Positions 8,789 to 16,798 of a stretch of 32,000 nt of DNA are shown piece after piece. Position numbers and translations under genes: made by a program. The first letter of the stretch is position 1; each line of letters opens with the position of its first letter. The stretch lies in NCBI RefSeq assembly GCF_049243625.1, contig NZ_CP046975.1; one strand, given 5' to 3'. The DNA comes from Corynebacterium amycolatum. Lineage in GTDB: Bacteria; Actinomycetota; Actinomycetes; Mycobacteriales; Mycobacteriaceae. Under the pieces are notes generated by a model. The model ran no database searches, was not told the DNA's origin, and saw only the letters and a list, made by a program, of their open reading frames with translations.

Positions 8789-9844
8789 ATGCGTACTGGA
8801 GACTACTCCGGGCTTAGTTCCGGAAGTGCTCAGGGCACTGGTGAGCACACCGCCACTAGTTCTCACTTCGTTGATGAGGCGCTGGAAGCAACAATCACCG
8901 AGGGAATGCGCAAGAGCGAGGACCTCCTGATTACTGAGCTGGGGCGCGGCGAGGACTTCCTAGCCGAGCGGGTTTCCCACCTAGCTCAGGCTGGTGGTAA
9001 GCGCTTCCGCCCAATGTTTACCATGCTGTCCGCGCAGTTCGGTGAGCAGCCCGAGAGCGATAACGTCATCACGGCTGCGACTGTGCTGGAGTTGACGCAC
9101 CTGGCGACGCTCTACCACGACGACGTTATGGATGAAGCGGACAAGCGTCGCGGTGTGCCCTCCGCAAACTCGCGCTGGGACAACACCGTCGCCATTCTGG
9201 CCGGTGACTACCTCTTCGCTGCTGCATCCCGCCTGCTGGCGGAGCTCGGTTCCGAGAGCGTAGCCCACTTCGCCGAGACCTTCGGTGTTCTTGTCACAGG
9301 TCAGATGCGTGAGTGCCTCAACGACTTGGACCTGCCGATTGAAGAGCGCATCGAGCGCTACCTGAAGGTCATTGCCGAAAAGACCGGTGTGCTCATCGCA
9401 TCGGCTGGTTATCTCGGTGCCTATCACGCCGGTGCGTCCGCCGATATTTCCAACGCACTGCGCCGCTATGGCGAACTAATCGGCATCGTTTTCCAGATCG
9501 TCGACGACATCATCGACATCTCCTCCAACACAGATCAGTCCGGCAAGACTCCGGGCACTGACTTGCGCGAGGGCGTCTTCACGCTACCGGTTCTCTACGC
9601 GCTGCAGGAGGACACCCCAGCCGCTGACCGTCTCCGTGAGATTCTCGTCGGCCCAGTCTCCGAGGACGCGCTTGTCGACGAGGCCCTCGAGCTCCTGGCT
9701 CAGACCAACGGCGTGGCTCGCGCGATGGAGAAGGTCAATGAACTGCTGGATGAGTCCGACCGCGTCATCGCTGACCTTCCCGACTGTGCGGCCAAGGATG
9801 CTCTGCGTCACGTTGCTCGCTACACCGTGGAGCGCGTGGGGTAG
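8789..9844 (+). CDS. trans-polyprenyl diphosphate synthase (GrcC1/HepT-like, menaquinone side chain)
   Basis: Both Asp-rich motifs are present (LYHDDVMDEADKRRG and FQIVDDIIDI). It is divergent from the reductase gene, as in the Rv0561c/Rv0562 pair. Confidence 0.88.
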   Translation: MRTGDYSGLSSGSAQGTGEHTATSSHFVDEALEATITEGMRKSEDLLITELGRGEDFLAERVSHLAQAGGKRFRPMFTMLSAQFGEQPESDNVITAATVLELTHLATLYHDDVMDEADKRRGVPSANSRWDNTVAILAGDYLFAAASRLLAELGSESVAHFAETFGVLVTGQMRECLNDLDLPIEERIERYLKVIAEKTGVLIASAGYLGAYHAGASADISNALRRYGELIGIVFQIVDDIIDISSNTDQSGKTPGTDLREGVFTLPVLYALQEDTPAADRLREILVGPVSEDALVDEALELLAQTNGVARAMEKVNELLDESDRVIADLPDCAAKDALRHVARYTVERVG

Positions 9845-9882
9845 TGGATTGAGCTCCACTGTCGAGACGAACCTAGGGGCGA

Positions 9883-9932
9883 GCTCTGCTGAGAGTTGGG
9901 CCCTGCTGGGGGTGAGCCCTGCTGAGGGGTGA
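9883..9932. repeat. 16-17-bp tandem repeat gcYctgctgRgRgtKgR x3 downstream of the synthase gene
   Basis: Copies at 9883-9899, 9900-9915 and 9916-9932. The last two differ only by one inserted base. Confidence 0.75.
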
Positions 9933-9967
9933 ATCCAAGTAGGAAAATGTCCTCCTTACCTGCCGAT

Positions 9968-9997
9968 TTGTGTAAATGACAGAGTAGTGGGTAGCAT
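9968..9997 (+). promoter_or_regulatory. candidate promoter of tRNA-Tyr (TTGTGT-18 nt-TAGCAT)
   Basis: The hexamers are read from the sequence. The same architecture and flanking block occur upstream of tRNA-Thr. No transcription start site data. Confidence 0.3.
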
Positions 9998-10023
9998 TCC
10001 ATTCGCACCGTTTAAGAGTGCAC

Positions 10024-10105
10024 GCCAGATTGCCCGAGCGGCCAAAGGGAGCGGATTGTAAATCCGTCGGCATTGCCTTCGTTGGTTCGAATCCATCATC
10101 TGGCA
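10024..10105 (+). tRNA. tRNA-Tyr (GTA), class II with long variable arm
   Basis: Acceptor gccagat/atctggc, anticodon loop ttGTAaa, T-loop TTCGAAT. CCA is not encoded. Confidence 0.9.
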
Positions 10106-10110
10106 CAGTG

Positions 10111-10150
10111 AAATCACCGCGAGATTTTTCTCGCGGTGATTTTTTGTTTG
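10111..10150 (+). terminator. rho-independent terminator after tRNA-Tyr
   Basis: 14-bp perfect stem aaatcaccgcgaga/tctcgcggtgattt with a 4-nt loop, followed by a T-run. Confidence 0.85.
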
Positions 10151-10178
10151 TAGGAGCTGTTGGTGGGGATACGGGGCA

Positions 10179-10220
10179 GGGTTCGGGCTAGGGGTTCGGG
10201 CTAGAGGTTCGGGCTAGGGG
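10179..10220. repeat. 13-bp tandem repeat gggttcgggctag x3 (G-run rich)
   Basis: Copies at 10179-10191, 10192-10204 and 10205-10217 (1 mismatch). The CTAG in each unit gives stop codons in all six frames. Confidence 0.85.
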
Positions 10221-10349
10221 CGGCCACCCATCGATGAGCTATTCACTTATGGTTCCGCTGGGGCTCATCGATAAGTGAATAGATTATCCATAAGTGCGCG
10301 CCAAAATGTCAGCAAACGTGACAAGAAATACCGCTGCCTACCTGCTGAT

Positions 10350-10379
10350 TTGTGCTCAGTGGTGATTTCGGGTTAATCT
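10350..10379 (+). promoter_or_regulatory. candidate promoter of tRNA-Thr/tRNA-Met (TTGTGC-18 nt-TAATCT)
   Basis: It shares the block ctacctgcYgatttgtg and an upstream aaaatgtc with the tRNA-Tyr upstream region. Confidence 0.3.
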
Positions 10380-10466
10380 TTGCAAGGCTTCACGGAGAGC
10401 ACAGAGCGAAACGAAGCGGTCAACAATTGGCCACGGAGTTACGTGCTGAGTTCAATGGATGCTGAT

Positions 10467-10539
10467 GCCCCCTTAGCTCAGTCGGCAGAGCGTTTCCATG
10501 GTAAGGAAAAGGTCGACAGTTCGATTCTGTCAGGGGGCT
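10467..10539 (+). tRNA. tRNA-Thr (GGT)
   Basis: Acceptor gccccct/agggggc, anticodon loop atGGTaa, T-loop TTCGATT. Confidence 0.9.
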
Positions 10540-10578
10540 CTGTTCTTTTATACGGACTTATGTCCGGTAGAGAATAGG

Positions 10579-10652
10579 GGCGATGTAGCTCAGATGGTGA
10601 GAGCGCACGACTCATAATCGTGAGGTCGGGGGTTCGATCCCCCCCATCGCTA
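10579..10652 (+). tRNA. tRNA-Met (CAT), elongator type
   Basis: Acceptor ggcgatg/catcgct, anticodon loop ctCATaa. The anticodon stem lacks the three G-C pairs typical of initiator tRNA. Confidence 0.88.
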
Positions 10653-10755
10653 CTACGGACAGTGATGTTCGTCGAACCCCGCCTTGATTATGCAGCAATG
10701 CAGTAAGGTGGGACATTGTCAGCTAAGGGCTGGAAAGCTCTTTTGCTGGTGGTGA

Positions 10756-10828
10756 AGGGGCGTGGCTCAATTGGTAGAGCAGCGGTCTCCAAAACCGCAG
10801 GTTGCAGGTTCGAGTCCTGTCGCCCCTG
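10756..10828 (+). tRNA. tRNA-Trp (CCA)
   Basis: Acceptor aggggcg/cgcccct, anticodon loop ctCCAaa, T-loop TTCGAGT. This is the conserved position upstream of secE. Confidence 0.9.
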
Positions 10829-10833
10829 CAAGT

Positions 10834-10885
10834 ACCCGTCATCCAGGGCGTATGAAAATGCGTCTGGGTGGCGGGTTTTTCGTTT
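10834..10885 (+). terminator. rho-independent terminator after tRNA-Trp
   Basis: acccgtcatccagggcg pairs with cgtctgggtggcgggt (with G-U pairs), followed by ttttt. Confidence 0.7.
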
Positions 10886-10914
10886 ATATTCGGCGGCGGT
10901 GGGTCAATGCGAGT

Positions 10915-10981
10915 TACTGACTGCGGTTATGTCAAAAATGGCTCGAAAAATGGCTTGAAAGTGTCATAAACTCGCACAGTT
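10915..10981. repeat. 67-bp palindromic element, copy B (decayed)
   Basis: An ungapped alignment to copy A (2732-2798) gives 47/67 identities by my count: arms 16/20 and 15/20, centre 16/27. It has the same 20+27+20 layout. Confidence 0.6.
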
Positions 10982-11027
10982 TCACATTTGCAGCCCGTAG
11001 TCTGGTGGGTCGTCCTTTTTGCAGCCC

Positions 11028-11070
11028 AAGCTTGCAGCACGAGCGAGCAGTCCAGGCTTGCAGCACGAGC
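11028..11070. repeat. 17-bp direct repeat aRgcttgcagcacgagc x2 (period 26)
   Basis: 11028-11044 and 11054-11070 are 16/17 identical. The nearby ttgcagccc also occurs twice (10988, 11019). Confidence 0.7.
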
Positions 11071-11339
11071 TAGGGCGAAGCAGCAGTGAAGCGGCCGTCA
11101 GTGAGTATCGCTGCGGCCAGCAGCGGAATCGAATCTCGAAGCCTGCGGTTCCCACGAAGCGCATTTCTTCGATAGTGTGGATAATCGGCTAGAATTTACG
11201 CACTGAACCAGACTTGCTCTGCACAGTGGGGGCTCGGCTCCGGAGATTGTCCCTGGAGTTTGCTCTTGAAGAATTCACGTTTGAGTTTCACTGTGCAGTA
11301 TCTTTAGGTCTCATATGCACGAAGTAGCGAAGGAGCATC

Positions 11340-11648
11340 GTGTCTGAGGAAAACCAGACTTTCCAGGCGGCGGCTCGCCCGTCCGGTAAGCGCCAGGCGA
11401 CGGGCGCGCAGACCACCGTGTCGAAGAAGCCTGCGCGTGAGAAGGAGACCAACGAGCTTTCGACTCGTAACCCTTTGGTTTTCATCAAGCAGGTTGTTGA
11501 CGAGCTGCGCAAGGTGATTTGGCCGACCGGCCGCCAGATGGTCACCTACAGCATCATCGTGATCCTGTTCCTGATTGCCATGATTGCTCTCGTGTGGGGT
11601 GTGGACACGCTGGCCGGTCTGGGTGTCCGATCGGTGTTGGGCAAGTAA
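11340..11648 (+). CDS. secE: preprotein translocase subunit SecE
   Basis: GTG start with AAGGAG 4 nt upstream. The product has a basic N-terminus, then FIKQVVDELRKVIWPTGRQ and a single C-terminal TM. Conserved position before nusG. Confidence 0.9.
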   Translation: MSEENQTFQAAARPSGKRQATGAQTTVSKKPAREKETNELSTRNPLVFIKQVVDELRKVIWPTGRQMVTYSIIVILFLIAMIALVWGVDTLAGLGVRSVLGK

Positions 11649-11839
11649 TCGGTTATACTGTTTCGCAGTGATGCTTTTCATCCCGCCTCCGAGTTCCGGA
11701 CGGCGGGATTATTCGTTAGCGCAGCTGGTGTCTTGCTGTGCGAAGTGATTGCGGATGGCATATTGGCTCTTAAGACTCTTTGAGCGAAGATGCCAATGTC
11801 GCGAACCGTTGATGTAGATACAAGAGGGGTTAGCACGAC

Positions 11840-12703
11840 ATGAATGATGGTCAGAATATTTTCTCCGACGCCCAGTCCGCGGATGCTGCCGCAACTGAGC
11901 AGGATGCGCAGGGCGCACCGGCTCAGGTAGAAGCTCCGGCCGAGGGTGCAGCCGCAGCCGACGCAGCCGCAGCTAACACTGCCGCAGCAGAAGCAGCGCC
12001 GGCAGAGGAGACCGCCGCTGACGCTGAGGCGCAAGCAGCTGCTGACGCAGACGCCGAGTACCGTAAGCGCCTGCGCGAGTTCCAGCGTGAGCTCAAGCGT
12101 CGTCCGGGCGACTGGTACATCATCCAGTGCTACTCCGGCTACGAGAACAAGGTGAAGACCAACCTGGAAATGCGTGCCCAGACCATGGGGGTCGATGAGC
12201 AGATTCACGAGGTCATCGTTCCGGTTGAGGAAGTCGAAGAGCGCAAGGACGACGGCAAGAAGAAAATCGTTAAGCGCAAGCTGCTGCCGGGCTACGTTCT
12301 GGTCCGCATGAGCCTGGATGACCCGTCCTGGTCCGTCGTCCGCGACACCCCGGGTGTTACTTCCTTCGTCGGTAGCGAGGGTCAGCCGTCCAAGGTCAAG
12401 ATTCGTGAGGTCGCTAAGTTCCTCATGCCGAAGGAGACCATCACCGCGGACGCCGCTGAGGAAGCTGCAAATGCCGACGGTGAGCTGGCTGTCGCAGCGG
12501 CTCCGCAGGCAGAGAAGAAGGCCGTAGCCATCGACTACGAGGTCGGCGAGTCCGTCACCATCCTGTCCGGCCCGTTCGCATCTGTGGCTGCGACCATCTC
12601 CGAGATCGACCCGGACACCGGCCGCATGAAGGCCCTGGTTTCCATCTTCGGCCGTGAGACCCCGGTCGAGCTGGGCATCGATGAGGTCGAGAAGCTGAAC
12701 TAG
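11840..12703 (+). CDS. nusG: transcription termination/antitermination factor NusG
   Basis: [19 protein letters not shown] (NGN domain) and a C-terminal KOW domain ([18 protein letters not shown]). The Ala/Glu-rich N-terminal extension is usual for actinobacteria. Confidence 0.92.
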   Translation: MNDGQNIFSDAQSADAAATEQDAQGAPAQVEAPAEGAAAADAAAANTAAAEAAPAEETAADAEAQAAADADAEYRKRLREFQRELKRRPGDWYIIQCYSGYENKVKTNLEMRAQTMGVDEQIHEVIVPVEEVEERKDDGKKKIVKRKLLPGYVLVRMSLDDPSWSVVRDTPGVTSFVGSEGQPSKVKIREVAKFLMPKETITADAAEEAANADGELAVAAAPQAEKKAVAIDYEVGESVTILSGPFASVAATISEIDPDTGRMKALVSIFGRETPVELGIDEVEKLN

Positions 12704-12733
12704 GCCTCGCACTAAGCGGACCTCGCACTAAGC
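12703..12733. repeat. 15/16-bp tandem duplication (core cctcgcactaagc x2) abutting the nusG stop
   Basis: Perfect 13-bp cores at 12705-12717 and 12721-12733. The stop TAG is at 12701-12703. Confidence 0.85.
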
Positions 12734-12805
12734 CGGGCGGCAAGCCAAGCGCCGAGCAAAGGCACCAGCTAGCTCTCTCGAGCAACCAATCTGGTAACGG
12801 ATTTT

Positions 12806-12852
12806 GATGCACGCCATACGCTGCGGTAACGTAGCCAGGCGTGCATTTTTGT
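12806..12852 (+). terminator. rho-independent terminator after nusG
   Basis: Stem atgcacgcc/ggcgtgcat (9 bp) with a 22-nt loop, followed by ttttgtg. Confidence 0.7.
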
Positions 12853-12937
12853 GCCTTGAGCACAGATGTGCCAAGTAATTCGTATCCCCGGTGGCTGGCA
12901 CCAACTCGATGACCAGCGCCAGCGGCCATGATGGTCG

Positions 12938-12962
12938 TGGGCGCAAGGGTCGTCGTAAAGCG
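12938..12962 (+). repeat. bipartite 25-nt motif, copy b (TGGGCGC-AAGGGT-CGTCGTAAAGCG)
   Basis: Read directly from the sequence. Its end lies 75 nt upstream of the rplK ATG. Confidence 0.8.
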
Positions 12963-13036
12963 TCGGCATCCGGACGGGGTGAGTCGCCTTTTCATCGGGG
13001 CGGCGTGCCCCGGTAACTAGGAAGTAGGTTAATCCG

Positions 13037-13474
13037 ATGGCTCCGAAGAAGAAGCTTTCTGCGATCATTAAGCTGCAGATCCAGGCTGGTCAGGCTAACC
13101 CGGCTCCGCCGGTTGGTCCGGCACTGGGTGCCCATGGTGTCAACATCATGGAGTTCTGCAAGGCTTACAACGCAGCAACTGAGAACCAGCGTGGCAACGT
13201 TGTCCCGGTTGAAATCTCCGTCTACGAAGACCGCTCCTTCACCTTCGTTCTGAAGACCCCGCCGGCAGCTAAGCTGCTGCTGAAGGCCGCTGGCATTCAG
13301 AAGGGCTCTGGCGTTCCGCACACCAACAAGGTCGGTTCCGTGACCTGGGAGCAGTGCAAGGAAATCGCCGAGCTGAAGAAGCCGGACCTGAACGCTAACG
13401 ACATCGAGATGGGTGCACGCATCATCGCCGGTACCGCTCGCTCCATGGGCATCACCGTCGAGGGCGCTAAGTAA
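13037..13474 (+). CDS. rplK: 50S ribosomal protein L11
   Basis: [31 protein letters not shown]... is canonical L11. Confidence 0.97.
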
Positions 13475-13575
13475 ACCGTCAGCGTTTAGCTGCACCTTCA
13501 TCAAGTGGTAGGGCCAGCTTCGGCCCGCTAAACACCACAATCCAACCATTTCACTTAATTGAGATTGGACTTTTC

Positions 13576-14280
13576 ATGAGCAAGAACTCTAAGGCATACC
13601 GCGCCGCCGCCGAGAAGATCGACGCCGGCCGCATCTACTCTCCACTCGAGGCCGCTAACCTGGCCAAGGAGACCTCCTCCAAGAACTACGACGCCACGAT
13701 TGACGTTGCTATCCGCCTGGGCGTTGACCCGCGCAAGGCTGACCAGCTGGTTCGCGGCACTGTCTCCCTGCCGAACGGCACCGGTAAGACCGTTCGAGTC
13801 GTCGTTTTCGCCGCTGGCGAGAACGCCACCAAGGCTGAAGAGGCCGGCGCTGACTTCGTCGGTTCCGAGGAACTGATCGAAAAGATTCAGGGTGGCTGGA
13901 CCGACTTCGATGCTGCAATCGCGACCCCGGACCAGATGGCCAAGGTTGGTCGCGTGGCTCGTATCCTCGGCCCGCGTGGTCTGATGCCGAACCCGAAGAC
14001 CGGCACCGTTACCCCGGATGTCGCTAAGGCTGTCACCGAGATTAAGGGCGGTAAGATTTCCTTCCGCGTTGATAAGGCTGCAAACCTGCAGGCTGTTATC
14101 GGTAAGGCTTCCTTCGACGCCGAGAAGCTGGCCGAGAACTACGGTGCGCTTATCGACGAGCTGATGCGTCTCAAGCCATCCGCTGCTAAGGGTAAGTACC
14201 TGAAGAAGATCACCGTCTCCGCCACCAATGGCCCGGGCATCCCGGTTGACACCAGCGTGATCAAGGACTACACCGCCTAA
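13576..14280 (+). CDS. rplA: 50S ribosomal protein L1
   Basis: [16 protein letters not shown]...[21 protein letters not shown]... is canonical L1. Confidence 0.97.
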   Translation: MSKNSKAYRAAAEKIDAGRIYSPLEAANLAKETSSKNYDATIDVAIRLGVDPRKADQLVRGTVSLPNGTGKTVRVVVFAAGENATKAEEAGADFVGSEELIEKIQGGWTDFDAAIATPDQMAKVGRVARILGPRGLMPNPKTGTVTPDVAKAVTEIKGGKISFRVDKAANLQAVIGKASFDAEKLAENYGALIDELMRLKPSAAKGKYLKKITVSATNGPGIPVDTSVIKDYTA

Positions 14281-14350
14281 ATCAGCATCAGCCGATAGGC
14301 GAGTGTGCTCTTCACAAGTCGCTCGAGGGTGACTCAGAGCCAAGCTCTTT

Positions 14351-14400
14351 AAAACCGCCGCCACGCGCACTTTCTCCCGGTGTGTGAGGCGGCGGTTTTG
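14351..14400. terminator. bidirectional-type intrinsic terminator after rplA
   Basis: aaaaccgccgcc (14351-14362) pairs with ggcggcggtttt (14388-14399). An A-tract lies upstream and a T-tract downstream. Confidence 0.75.
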
Positions 14401-14437
14401 CATTCTCATAAGGGATACCGATAGCGCGGTGGGGGTT

Positions 14438-14462
14438 TGGGCGCGGTAGACGTCGTAAAGCG
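14438..14462 (+). repeat. bipartite 25-nt motif, copy c (TGGGCGC-GGTAGA-CGTCGTAAAGCG)
   Basis: Read directly from the sequence. Its end lies 73 nt upstream of the ATG at 14535. Confidence 0.8.
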
Positions 14463-14534
14463 AATTGCTAATCCAAAGAACTAATCGAGCCGAAATGGAC
14501 TCACAGCCAAAGTTTGTTGCTTAAAATCGCGACT

Positions 14535-15167
14535 ATGACGTTGATTTTGGAACCCGAAGAAGGGCTGGAGGCGCTTGGCGAGATTAATCGCCTGGCGCAG
14601 CTCGACGACGGTTCCGGAATTATTGAACCGCAGCTCATCTCGTACCTCGACTCGTTGGGCGACGACGCCTATGACATGCCTTGCCTGCGCATCGCGGGGC
14701 AGACGCTGCTGGGCGAGGTACTGACGGGGCTAGGGGAGGACGAGCGCGTAGCTGAGGTGCTTCGCCGCAATATCCAGGATTCTGTGGTGCTTGCGGGGAT
14801 GAGCGAGGAGGAAGCTCTGCAAGCTCGGGCGGCGCAGGTCGTGGTCGTGCGGTTGCTGCGCATCATTGCGCGGATGGAGGCCGTGGAGCTTCGCAACGCC
14901 GTGGCGCAGCAGTGCCTGGCATCGCAGATCCCGCCGGTCGTGCGTGTGGCATTGACACTCACCGTGGATATTCTCGATGCCGCCAGGTTGGACGCGCATC
15001 CCGACGACATGGTGCGCGTAGTACTCGACTATGCAGACCAAGTGCTCTGGCTTGCCGACGATGACCTGAATGCGTACTTTGCCGAGCTCGAGATGATTGT
15101 GCAGCAACGTGAGAAGGACCTGGAGTTCGGCCGCTTTGGAGAGCCTGGTGCGGCGCGCTTTGGATAG
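14535..15167 (+). CDS. hypothetical acidic, probably all-helical protein (no family recognised)
   Basis: 210 aa from ATG 14535 (the ORF track starts at TTG 14514). It is Asp/Glu/Leu-rich and has coding-like third-position GC. G-ending codons dominate, unlike the neighbouring r-protein genes. No obvious SD. Confidence 0.55.
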   Translation: MTLILEPEEGLEALGEINRLAQLDDGSGIIEPQLISYLDSLGDDAYDMPCLRIAGQTLLGEVLTGLGEDERVAEVLRRNIQDSVVLAGMSEEEALQARAAQVVVVRLLRIIARMEAVELRNAVAQQCLASQIPPVVRVALTLTVDILDAARLDAHPDDMVRVVLDYADQVLWLADDDLNAYFAELEMIVQQREKDLEFGRFGEPGAARFG

Positions 15168-15172
15168 GCGAT

Positions 15173-15200
15173 TTGATTAATTGCCTGGGTCTGGTATAGA
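15173..15200 (+). promoter_or_regulatory. candidate rplJ promoter (TTGATT-16 nt-TATAGA)
   Basis: The hexamers are read from the sequence, 6 nt after the stop of the upstream ORF. This would give a ~350-nt leader. Confidence 0.3.
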
Positions 15201-15445
15201 GTTTCTTCACGAAGTTTGACCGGCTTCCAATCGGCACCAACATTAAGTTGGGACGATGGAGGTTGGTACTCAAGTTTCACCGAAGACCGTCGGTCATTCG
15301 CTTTGAAAGAAGCGGATTGAAGGTTTCATTGTAGGAATACAGTGAGCGGCCCACGCAGGAGGACTTGGAAGCGCTTGCGCAGTTTGGCTTCACCTGCTGG
15401 CCCTGGGGTCGGCGGAGTTGAAGTGGAACATGCCAAAAGAATTGT

Positions 15446-15487
15446 GCGCCCCATCCTTGTGCGAGGATTGGGGCGTTTGTTGTATTT
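15446..15487 (+). promoter_or_regulatory. terminator-like hairpin inside the rplJ leader (possible L10-leader attenuator)
   Basis: cgccccatcc (15447-15456) pairs with ggattggggcg (15465-15475) with one bulge, followed by tttgttgtattt. It lies ~70 nt upstream of the rplJ ATG. Confidence 0.45.
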
Positions 15488-15554
15488 GCGCAAAAGAATC
15501 CTTCACTTGGCCGAGCGGAAAATTGCAAAGACCAGGAAGGAGGCGAGAGTACAC

Positions 15555-16067
15555 ATGGCAGCAAATACTGAGAAGATTGCAGCTGTTGCAGCGCTGAAGC
15601 AGGACGTCGAAGAGTCCAACGCTATCGTGCTGACTGAGTACCGCGGCCTGTCCGTTGCGGAAATCACGGAACTGCGTCGCGCCCTCGGTGCTGATGTTAA
15701 GTACTCCGTCGCCAAGAACACCATGATCAAGATCGCTGCCGACGAGGCAGGGATTGAGGGTCTTGATGAGCACCTGAACGGCCCGACTGCAGTCGCCTTC
15801 ATCAAGGGCGAGGCTGTGGATGCGGCTAAGGCGATTAAGAAGTTCGCCGGTGACAACAAGAACCTCGTGATCAAGGGCGGCTACATGGACGGTGCTGCAA
15901 TCGATGCAGCACAGTTCGAGGCTCTTGCGGATATGGATAACCGTGAGACCACGCTGGCAAAGCTGGCTGGTGCCTTCAACGGCGTTCTGGCGAACGTCGC
16001 TGGCCTGCTCGATGCTCCGACCTCCTCGGTTGCCCGCCTTGCTGCGGCACTCGAGGAAAAGAAGTAA
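15555..16067 (+). CDS. rplJ: 50S ribosomal protein L10
   Basis: [42 protein letters not shown]... with GAAGGAGG upstream. The ORF-track start at 15342 is a leader read-through. Confidence 0.95.
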   Translation: MAANTEKIAAVAALKQDVEESNAIVLTEYRGLSVAEITELRRALGADVKYSVAKNTMIKIAADEAGIEGLDEHLNGPTAVAFIKGEAVDAAKAIKKFAGDNKNLVIKGGYMDGAAIDAAQFEALADMDNRETTLAKLAGAFNGVLANVAGLLDAPTSSVARLAAALEEKK

Positions 16068-16079
16068 TCCCGAGCGGCT

Positions 16080-16097
16080 CGCGAACTACGCGAACTA
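16080..16097. repeat. 9-bp tandem repeat cgcgaacta x2 after the rplJ stop
   Basis: Perfect copies at 16080-16088 and 16089-16097. A partial cgcgaa follows at 16103. Confidence 0.8.
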
Positions 16098-16191
16098 AAT
16101 CACGCGAAAAACTTTTAAATATCACTTTGACGGCTTCGACCCCAGGGATCTCTGAGGGGAGCGGCCGCACCACACTCATAGGAGAATATCC

Positions 16192-16575
16192 ATGGCTAAG
16201 TACACCACTGAGGAACTGCTCGAGGCTTTCAAGGAAATGACCCTCGTTGAGCTCACCGAGTTCAAGAAGGCTTTCGAGGAAGAGTTCGACGTCACCGCTG
16301 CTGCTCCGGTCGCAGTTGCTGCTGCAGGCGCTGCTGGCGGCGAGGCTGCTGCTGAGGAGAAGGACGAGTTCGACGTCGTCCTCGAGGACGCTGGCGCTAA
16401 GAAGATCGGCGTTATTAAGGCTGTCCGCGAGATCGTCTCCGGCCTGGGCCTGAAGGAGGCTAAGGAGATGGTTGAGTCCGCTCCGAAGGCTATCCTGGAG
16501 GGTGCTTCTAAGGACGACGCTGAGGCTGCTAAGGCTAAGCTGGAAGAGGCTGGCGCAAAGGTCTCCCTCAAGTAA
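16192..16575 (+). CDS. rplL: 50S ribosomal protein L7/L12
   Basis: [34 protein letters not shown]...[10 protein letters not shown]... is canonical and very close to the corynebacterial L7/L12 I recall. Confidence 0.97.
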   Translation: MAKYTTEELLEAFKEMTLVELTEFKKAFEEEFDVTAAAPVAVAAAGAAGGEAAAEEKDEFDVVLEDAGAKKIGVIKAVREIVSGLGLKEAKEMVESAPKAILEGASKDDAEAAKAKLEEAGAKVSLK

Positions 16576-16624
16576 TTCAGTTACTTGCTTCGGCCCCGGT
16601 AGTGGCCTAAAGCTGCCAATTCTG

Positions 16625-16672
16625 ACCGCCAATTCTGGGCTTCTTGCCCGGGGTTGGCGGTTCTTTTGTTTC
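16625..16672 (+). terminator. rho-independent terminator after rplL
   Basis: A long stem, accgccaattctgggc/gcccggggttggcggt (with G-U pairs), followed by tcttttgttt. The direct repeat gccaattctg x2 (16615, 16628) overlaps the 5' arm. Confidence 0.8.
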
Positions 16673-16798
16673 TGGGGCCTTTGCCAACCCGCCTGACCCG
16701 GGCAAAACCTCACTAATCTCACCCGTCACAGGAAGTTGGGGCAAAAACCAGCCCACTCATTGTCTTGATTGCCCTTATTGGCCTGTAAAGTATCTAAC

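Noticed and set aside
4732-10220. Tandem arrays considered as possible CRISPR arrays
   Set aside because: The units are 13-16 bp and directly adjacent, with no unique spacers. There are no cas genes in the window.
10106-10466. Possible integrated mobile element or att site at the tRNA cluster
   Set aside because: There is no integrase, transposase or direct repeat of a tRNA 3' end. Only short local repeats are present, and those are reported separately.
10380-10958. ORFs 10380-10577 and 10716-10958
   Set aside because: They run straight through tRNA-Thr and tRNA-Trp, so they are artefacts of the tRNA sequences.
12555-13068. Minus-strand ORFs (146, 99 and 72 aa) in the nusG-rplK spacer
   Set aside because: They span the nusG terminator and the rplK leader, overlap each other in different frames, and have no supporting signals.
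11678-14409. Antisense ORFs over nusG (11678-12712, 344 aa) and rplA (13555-14409, 284 aa)
   Set aside because: They are codon-aligned antisense frames of confidently identified genes and show no independent coding signal.
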